The notes beneath the pieces were generated by a model. That model was given only the letters and a program-made list of their open reading frames with translations. It did no database searches and was not told the DNA's origin. Of a DNA stretch of 32,000 bases, positions 26,790 through 32,000 are shown piece by piece; the stretch's first letter is position 1; each line of letters starts with the position of its first letter. Origin of the DNA: Desulfocapsa sulfexigens DSM 10523 (lineage in GTDB: Bacteria > Desulfobacterota > Desulfobulbia > Desulfobulbales > Desulfocapsaceae); contig NC_020304.1 of NCBI RefSeq assembly GCF_000341395.1, positions 3,210,001-3,242,000 of the forward strand, given 5' to 3'. Made by a program: the position numbers and the translations under genes.

Positions 26790-28492
26790 ATCCCTCAATC
26801 TTTGAAACAATCTTTTATGCCTTGATACTGTCATCAGCCGCGAGTACTCCTCTGCTTATGCTGTTTCTTTGTTGTACTCCGTTGCGGATGAAGGTAATGC
26901 AAATCCTTCCACTGGCAACAGTTCCTGCTCTCCTTATTGCCATGACAGTACCTGACGATGTCTCTGTTGAAGCGGGCTGGTTTTTTATGAGTGGCCGTAT
27001 GGGACTTGATGGAACAGGTAGGATTTTTCTCATTCTTGCCGGTTTTGTCTGGTTGCTGGCGAGCTTCAGCATCCTGAGTCTTTTTAAGAGTGGTCATAAT
27101 CGGACACGTTTTCATATATTCTTTTTGACCGCCATGGCTGGTAATTTTGGCCTCATCCTTGCCCAGGGAATGTTTGGGTACTATCTCTTCTTTGCCATGA
27201 TGAGTTTTGCCAGCTACGGGCTTGTGGCCCATGAAGGGCATAAGGATGCAAGACGTGCCGGGCGTATCTATCTTTTCCTGGTTATGATCGGCGAAATGGC
27301 ACTGTTCACTGCCTTACTTTGCCTGGTACAGACCTGTGACAGCATGGCTCTCAATGACCTTGCAGGAGCTTCGTATCATCCGGTCATTTTTATCCTCCTT
27401 TTCATTGGATTCGGTATTAAAATCGGAGCACTGCCTTTTCATGGCTGGCTGATTCCAGCCTATCAGAACGCACCCCCTCCAGCCGCTACAGCTCTTGCAG
27501 GATCTATGGTTAACGCAGGTATCCTCGGTTGGCTTCGGTTTATGCCTCTTGGCCAGATCTCCTATCCTGATGGAGCAATGCTTTTTATCATCGCCGGGGC
27601 TCTTGCTTCCATATACGGGGTCATTGCCGGTTTGAACAGCAAACAGCCTGGTGCAGTGCTTGGTGGATCAAGCATCAGTCAGATGGGGCTGATAACTGTT
27701 GTTTTCGGGATGGGCCTTCTTGACCAGGACGCAGGAATTTATGCCATCCCTGTACTTATTCTCTGTGTTGTGCATCATTCGCTGGCCAAAAGCAGCCTGT
27801 TCTTTGCGTATGACCTAACTACACGGGAAGGGAAAATCGTATCGCATTTTCAGCTTGCTGCAATCCTGTTTACTGCTTTGGCTCTTGCAGGAATGCCCTT
27901 TACCAGCGGTGCAATTGTCAAGACAGCATTTAAAGAACTGGCGACACATCTGGGTGAACCCTGGTATGGAATAAGTACGTTCTTTCTTCCCTTAACAGCA
28001 ACGGGTACAACTATACTCATGCTTCATTTTGTAAGAATATTGAAAAATATGAATACCATTTCCAAGTCTGGTAACATTCTGATACAACTGGTTTTTGTTG
28101 CCAGTTTTACTGCCGTTGCAACAACACTTTGGATATGGCCATTTGCTGATGATTTTTCAAGTCATTCGCTTGAAAGAGAACAAATTTTTCTAGGATCACT
28201 GCCGGTTGCAGCAGGTTGCTTCCTGTTCTTTTTATTGCAACGATCTGTACTTACAACAAAATTTCAGACAGGTACACCTAAGAGAAAAAACCATTTTGAT
28301 ACATTTAAATGCCTGGCAACAGACTTGGTGCAGAAGAAAAGGAAGGAAAAGCAACCACAAAACATGTTTGCTGGCTCCATATACCGTCTTGTTCCATATT
28401 TACGGAAAATTGAAAAAGTCATGGGGAGGTGGCAGGTAGTGGGATTATCTTACCTGGCACTCTGTTTCTGTCTGCTGTTTTTATTATTGTGA
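26786..28492 (+). CDS. NuoL/M-like large subunit, divergent paralogue 3
   Basis: GFGIKIGALPFHGWLIPAYQNAPPPAATALAGSMVNAGILGWLR, GGSSISQMGLITVVFG; overlaps the previous gene by 4 nt. Confidence 0.83.
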   Translation: MNPSIFETIFYALILSSAASTPLLMLFLCCTPLRMKVMQILPLATVPALLIAMTVPDDVSVEAGWFFMSGRMGLDGTGRIFLILAGFVWLLASFSILSLFKSGHNRTRFHIFFLTAMAGNFGLILAQGMFGYYLFFAMMSFASYGLVAHEGHKDARRAGRIYLFLVMIGEMALFTALLCLVQTCDSMALNDLAGASYHPVIFILLFIGFGIKIGALPFHGWLIPAYQNAPPPAATALAGSMVNAGILGWLRFMPLGQISYPDGAMLFIIAGALASIYGVIAGLNSKQPGAVLGGSSISQMGLITVVFGMGLLDQDAGIYAIPVLILCVVHHSLAKSSLFFAYDLTTREGKIVSHFQLAAILFTALALAGMPFTSGAIVKTAFKELATHLGEPWYGISTFFLPLTATGTTILMLHFVRILKNMNTISKSGNILIQLVFVASFTAVATTLWIWPFADDFSSHSLEREQIFLGSLPVAAGCFLFFLLQRSVLTTKFQTGTPKRKNHFDTFKCLATDLVQKKRKEKQPQNMFAGSIYRLVPYLRKIEKVMGRWQVVGLSYLALCFCLLFLLL

Positions 28493-28640
28493 TCGAAATT
28501 GTCACTGGAATAATGGTTTGTCTTTTCTGTGGTAACTTTACAAACACAAAGCAGATCTGTTGTTGACAGAGAATTTGGATGATGTTCAGATCTGTTTGAC
28601 TTCATATGTTTTTTTCCATACAATATAACAGTATGGAAAT

Positions 28641-29180
28641 ATGCCTAATGGATTCGGGTCTATCTTGTCCACATTATTATTTTTTTCCGACAATGAGGTG
28701 CGAACTATAGTGGATTCCGAACAAGACAAGAAACATCTCGCCGAACCGGGCCATGATCTGATTAAGAAGCATGAAGATCCTTTTATTGAAGTCCTGCATC
28801 GAATAATCCGTGTAGCAGTTAAAATATTGGCTGTTTTAATGGTTATGGTTATCGTTTGGGGTATTGGTGACGTTGTGTATGTTTTATATCAACGTCTGAT
28901 AACTCCTCCATTCTTGTTGTTGAGTATTAATGATATTCTGGCAACTTTTGGAGCTTTCCTGGCAGTATTGATTGCCATAGAAATTTTTATAAATATCACC
29001 ATGTATCTCAAGACAGATGTTATTCCTGTTAGGTTAGTAGTCGCCACCGCACTAATGGCAATTTCGCGTAAAGTTATTATTTTTGATTTCGATGAAATAA
29101 CACCTCCATTTCTGCTTGGTACAGCAGCAACAGTCCTAGCCCTTGGTGTGACGTACTGGCTTATTTCAAAAAAGACCTGA
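28641..29180 (+). CDS. PsiE-like (phosphate-starvation-inducible E family) membrane protein
   Basis: Four hydrophobic segments with FLAVLIAIEIFINITMYLKTDVIPVRLVVATALMAISRKVIIFDFDEI. Confidence 0.78.
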   Translation: MPNGFGSILSTLLFFSDNEVRTIVDSEQDKKHLAEPGHDLIKKHEDPFIEVLHRIIRVAVKILAVLMVMVIVWGIGDVVYVLYQRLITPPFLLLSINDILATFGAFLAVLIAIEIFINITMYLKTDVIPVRLVVATALMAISRKVIIFDFDEITPPFLLGTAATVLALGVTYWLISKKT

Positions 29181-29263
29181 CGTCCATAAGAGACAGGTAT
29201 GCCTTTTAACAGATACATGGATTTAATAATGCGTTTATTATTCATTTAACATTACATCAACCT

Positions 29264-29530
29264 ATGACCACAACCCGAAAAATCGTTCTGGATGTCCTCA
29301 AGCCTCATAAGCCCAACGGAGTAGATTTTGCCACAGCACTGGCTCAGTTGTCACCCGATTATCATGTGCGACTCAGTGTGGTTGAGATGGATGCCAAGAC
29401 TGAAAGTGTCATCGTGGTAGTAGAGGGGAACAATATAGCATTTGATTCAGTATCTGAGCTCATAAAAAAAATGGGGGCATCGATTCATAGTATTGATGAA
29501 GTTGAGGTTCATGGCTCGGAAACGATATAA
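29264..29530 (+). CDS. DUF211-like small ACT-like protein
   Basis: TRKIVLDVLKPHKPNGVDFATAL...VRLSVVEMDAKTESVIVVVEGNNIAFDSVSELIKKMGASIHSIDEVEV. Confidence 0.78.
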   Translation: MTTTRKIVLDVLKPHKPNGVDFATALAQLSPDYHVRLSVVEMDAKTESVIVVVEGNNIAFDSVSELIKKMGASIHSIDEVEVHGSETI

Positions 29531-29563
29531 GGCGCCCGTCTCCTGTGAGAGGTATGGTCACTT

Positions 29564-30145
29564 ATGATCAGAGAGAAGGATAAACAGCTCCTATCCCATA
29601 TCTATCGCGGAAAAAAAATCGCCAGGCGCTACATGGTTACCAACGGTTTTGATGGGACGCTGACCATGCTGGGAATGATGACAGGGTTTTATGTCAGTGG
29701 AACCAAAGAGCTGGGGGTCGCAATAAATGCCTGTCTTGGTGCTGCGGTAGCACTCTTTGTCAGTGGGTTTTCCAGTGCCTATCTCAGTGAAAAAGCTGAG
29801 CGACAGGAGGAGTTACGGAAACTTGAGCAGGCATTGCTTATTGATCTGGAAGATAGTCACTATGGCGATGCCAGCCGCTATCTCCCACTTCTTATTGCTT
29901 CTGTAAACGGCCTCTCACCACTTTCCCTTTCCCTGATTATAGTTGCACCCTTATTCCTGGCTCATCACGGCATTTTGTTGCCATGGTCTCCCTTTCTTGT
30001 AGCAATTGCAGTAGCGCTTATCTGTATATTTCTCCTTGGAGTCTATTTAGGGAAAATAAGCAGGCAATTCTGGTTGTGGGCAGGACTGCGCACTGTATTT
30101 ATAGCGTTGATTCTGGTGGCAACTATCCTCATGTTTGATATCTGA
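29564..30145 (+). CDS. VIT1/CCC1-like membrane transporter
   Basis: TNGFDGTLTMLGMMTGFYVSG...GAAVALFVSGFSSAYLSEKAERQEE...GLSPLSLSLIIVAPL; TM helices separated by a cytoplasmic charged stretch. Confidence 0.65.
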   Translation: MIREKDKQLLSHIYRGKKIARRYMVTNGFDGTLTMLGMMTGFYVSGTKELGVAINACLGAAVALFVSGFSSAYLSEKAERQEELRKLEQALLIDLEDSHYGDASRYLPLLIASVNGLSPLSLSLIIVAPLFLAHHGILLPWSPFLVAIAVALICIFLLGVYLGKISRQFWLWAGLRTVFIALILVATILMFDI

Positions 30146-30360
30146 AAATAAATCCAAAAATTTTCAGGTGATGTTCATCAGACATGAGAACAGAACAGTA
30201 ATTGATCAACACTATGATAAATATCATCCAGAGTTATGTTCTCCATTTTGAATCCATGGCAAAAACAACACTGATATGGTAAGAGGTGTCAGGTTGCGGT
30301 TTTGGCTGAACCCTGACAAGGAGATTTCAGACTCTGAACTCTAATGAGTTGTTAGATTAA

Positions 30361-30436
30361 TGGAGCCGACAAGCGGGATCGAACCGCTGGCCTACGCTTT
30401 ACGAGAGCGTCGCTCTACCAACTGAGCTATGTCGGC
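30361..30436 (-). tRNA. tRNA-Thr (anticodon CGU), CCA encoded
   Basis: Reverse complement folds as GCCGACA-TA-GCTC-AGTTGGTA-GAGC-G-ACGCT-CTCGTAA-AGCGT-AGGCC-AGCGG-TTCGATC-CCGCT-TGTCGGC-TCCA; anticodon CGT. Confidence 0.96.
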
Positions 30437-30559
30437 TATCAGGAAAAATGATGATCTTTTTGACAAAAATAATGTTCTAATTTCATGGCTTGTATAGCAA
30501 GGTCACCTATCAATGTCAAATATATTCCATTACCTTTAGTTGCAGGTAACCGTATCTCT

Positions 30560-32000
30560 ATGCAGCGTATCTTTTTTTCACTCCTGTTGTTATTGCTTTT
30601 AAATGCCTGTTCAGAAGACCAGAAGCAGGAGGAAGGCAACGAAACATCTCCAGCCTCCAACTCTATTTCCACACCCCCCAAAGGATGCAAGGCCTGCCAC
30701 AGCATGGTGCTCGATGTTGCTCACGATATGGATTGTACCGTCTGTCATGGTGGTTCAAACGACACTTCTTCCAAGGAACTGGCACACGAGAATCTGATAC
30801 TGCGCCCAGCCCATCCTGATAATATGGTTAAGGTCTGCGGCAAATGTCACCAGGATCAGGTTGCGAGCACTGCCCATTCCCTTCACTTTACCTTGAAAAC
30901 AGAAGTAAATCGTGTCCGCATCGCCTTTGGAGCTAAAGAAGAGCTTACCAGCCTTGTTGATGTTCCAGTCACCGATTCTCCCCAGACAATAGTCGAGCTC
31001 GCCGACGACCTGCTGAGGCGCCGTTGTCTGCGTTGTCATCCATATTTTTCAGGAGATCGCTACCCGGCCGTCGTGCGGGGAACGGGATGTGCCAGTTGTC
31101 ATCTCCAGTTTTATAAGGGAAAACTTGTTTCTCATTCCTTCCTCAAAACGCCCGGAGATGATCAATGTTTGCAATGCCACTATGGCAACTGGGTTGGATA
31201 TGACTATTATGGACGCTATGAACATGACATGAATGATGAATACCGGACTCCATACACAACTCGCCATGATTATTTTCGTCCATTTGGAGTCGAATTCCAC
31301 CAACTATCTCCAGATATTCACCAGAAAAAAGGCTTAGTCTGCGTTGATTGTCATGGTGGGCGAGAGCTCATGGCCCAGGGTGATACAAAAACACGTTGTG
31401 CGGATTGTCACGATAGGTCGAGAATTGAAAATCAATTATCATACTTTAATATCAACCGGAAAAATAATAAGGAGGATGAATTTACCCTTGTTTCAACTGG
31501 TGATGGCAAGGAACATACCATCCCCTTCATGAAACATGCCGCCCATCAGGAATACGCTGAAGTTGCTGGATGCCAGGTATGTCATGCTCAATGGTCATTT
31601 AATGACCTGGGAACCCACCTTTTAAGAAGTGATCTAAGTGAATATGACGCTTTTTCAAGAGTGTCTGTCCAGGGAAGCTTTGAAGTCGAACAGATTTTGA
31701 AAAATAACCTGAATTTCGACAATGAAGAAATGGCTCATTCAATGACAGATAAATTGAGTGGTGAAGCTAAGGATGGACTCTGGTACAAAGGTTACGAAAC
31801 CAGACGCTGGGAAAATATTATCATTGGCCGCGACAGTTCCGGACGACTCCAGGTAATGCGCCCCATACTTGATATCTATCTTTCCTGGATAGACGAAGAT
31901 GAGGATGTTCTTTTTGATTCAGTGCGCAGTAACGCTCAAAACAATGGATTACTCCCGTATGTCCCGCACACCACCGGGAAAGCAGGCATGTTCTACAGGG
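30560..32000 (+). CDS. Multihaem c-type cytochrome lipoprotein, partial (runs off the right edge)
   Basis: Manual frame from ATG 30560 is open to the edge: MQRIFFSLLLLLLLNACSEDQ (lipobox-like) then nine CxxCH motifs: CKACH, CTVCH, CGKCH, CLRCH, CASCH, CLQCH, CVDCH, CADCH, CQVCH. Missed by the ORF track because there is no stop in the window. Confidence 0.9.
   Translation, partial: MQRIFFSLLLLLLLNACSEDQKQEEGNETSPASNSISTPPKGCKACHSMVLDVAHDMDCTVCHGGSNDTSSKELAHENLILRPAHPDNMVKVCGKCHQDQVASTAHSLHFTLKTEVNRVRIAFGAKEELTSLVDVPVTDSPQTIVELADDLLRRRCLRCHPYFSGDRYPAVVRGTGCASCHLQFYKGKLVSHSFLKTPGDDQCLQCHYGNWVGYDYYGRYEHDMNDEYRTPYTTRHDYFRPFGVEFHQLSPDIHQKKGLVCVDCHGGRELMAQGDTKTRCADCHDRSRIENQLSYFNINRKNNKEDEFTLVSTGDGKEHTIPFMKHAAHQEYAEVAGCQVCHAQWSFNDLGTHLLRSDLSEYDAFSRVSVQGSFEVEQILKNNLNFDNEEMAHSMTDKLSGEAKDGLWYKGYETRRWENIIIGRDSSGRLQVMRPILDIYLSWIDEDEDVLFDSVRSNAQNNGLLPYVPHTTGKAGMFYR

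Noticed and set aside
26834-27241. 135-aa minus-strand ORF within the third antiporter-like subunit
   Set aside because: Antisense shadow of a strongly hydrophobic coding region; no supporting features.
30755-31303. Minus-strand ORFs 30439-30705, 30755-31039 and 31049-31303, and the plus-strand ORF at 30603
   Set aside because: They overlap the continuous plus-strand frame carrying nine CxxCH motifs.
1-32000. CRISPR arrays, transposons, phage genes, toxin-antitoxin or anti-phage systems
   Set aside because: I saw no regularly spaced repeats, integrase or transposase motifs, terminal inverted repeats or recognisable defence proteins; the lone tRNA has no adjacent integrase in the window.

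Overview
The window looks like ordinary chromosomal DNA, probably from a sulfate-reducing or sulfur-metabolising deltaproteobacterium. That assignment is inferred from gene content only. Content, left to right: (i) a minus-strand block: partial purB (runs off the left edge), a HAD hydrolase, recJ, miaA, a helix-hairpin-helix protein, cimA and lysC; (ii) trmL, convergent with a GGDEF protein that has a degenerate motif; (iii) serC, a radical SAM protein, rlmN and a stand-alone SagB/ThcOx-type nitroreductase; (iv) a minus-strand korDABC-like 2-oxoacid:ferredoxin oxidoreductase operon ending in a small membrane protein; (v) a split two-gene pyruvate carboxylase with a divergent carboxyltransferase subunit; (vi) a 7 kb plus-strand Mrp/Mbh-type antiporter cluster (E-F-G-DUF4040-B-C plus three NuoL/M/N-like large subunits), followed by PsiE-like, DUF211-like and VIT/CCC1-like genes; (vii) a tRNA-Thr(CGU) and a multihaem c-type cytochrome lipoprotein that runs off the right edge. 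I found no CRISPR array, transposase, integrase, phage module or recognisable defence system, and nothing I could defend as a wholly new system. The best leads are the third antiporter-like subunit, which appears to have lost the conserved TM5 Glu and TM8 Lys, the divergent pyruvate carboxylase B subunit, and the orphan SagB-like enzyme beside two radical SAM genes. The ORF track misses both edge-truncated genes (purB and the cytochrome), which I read directly from the sequence.
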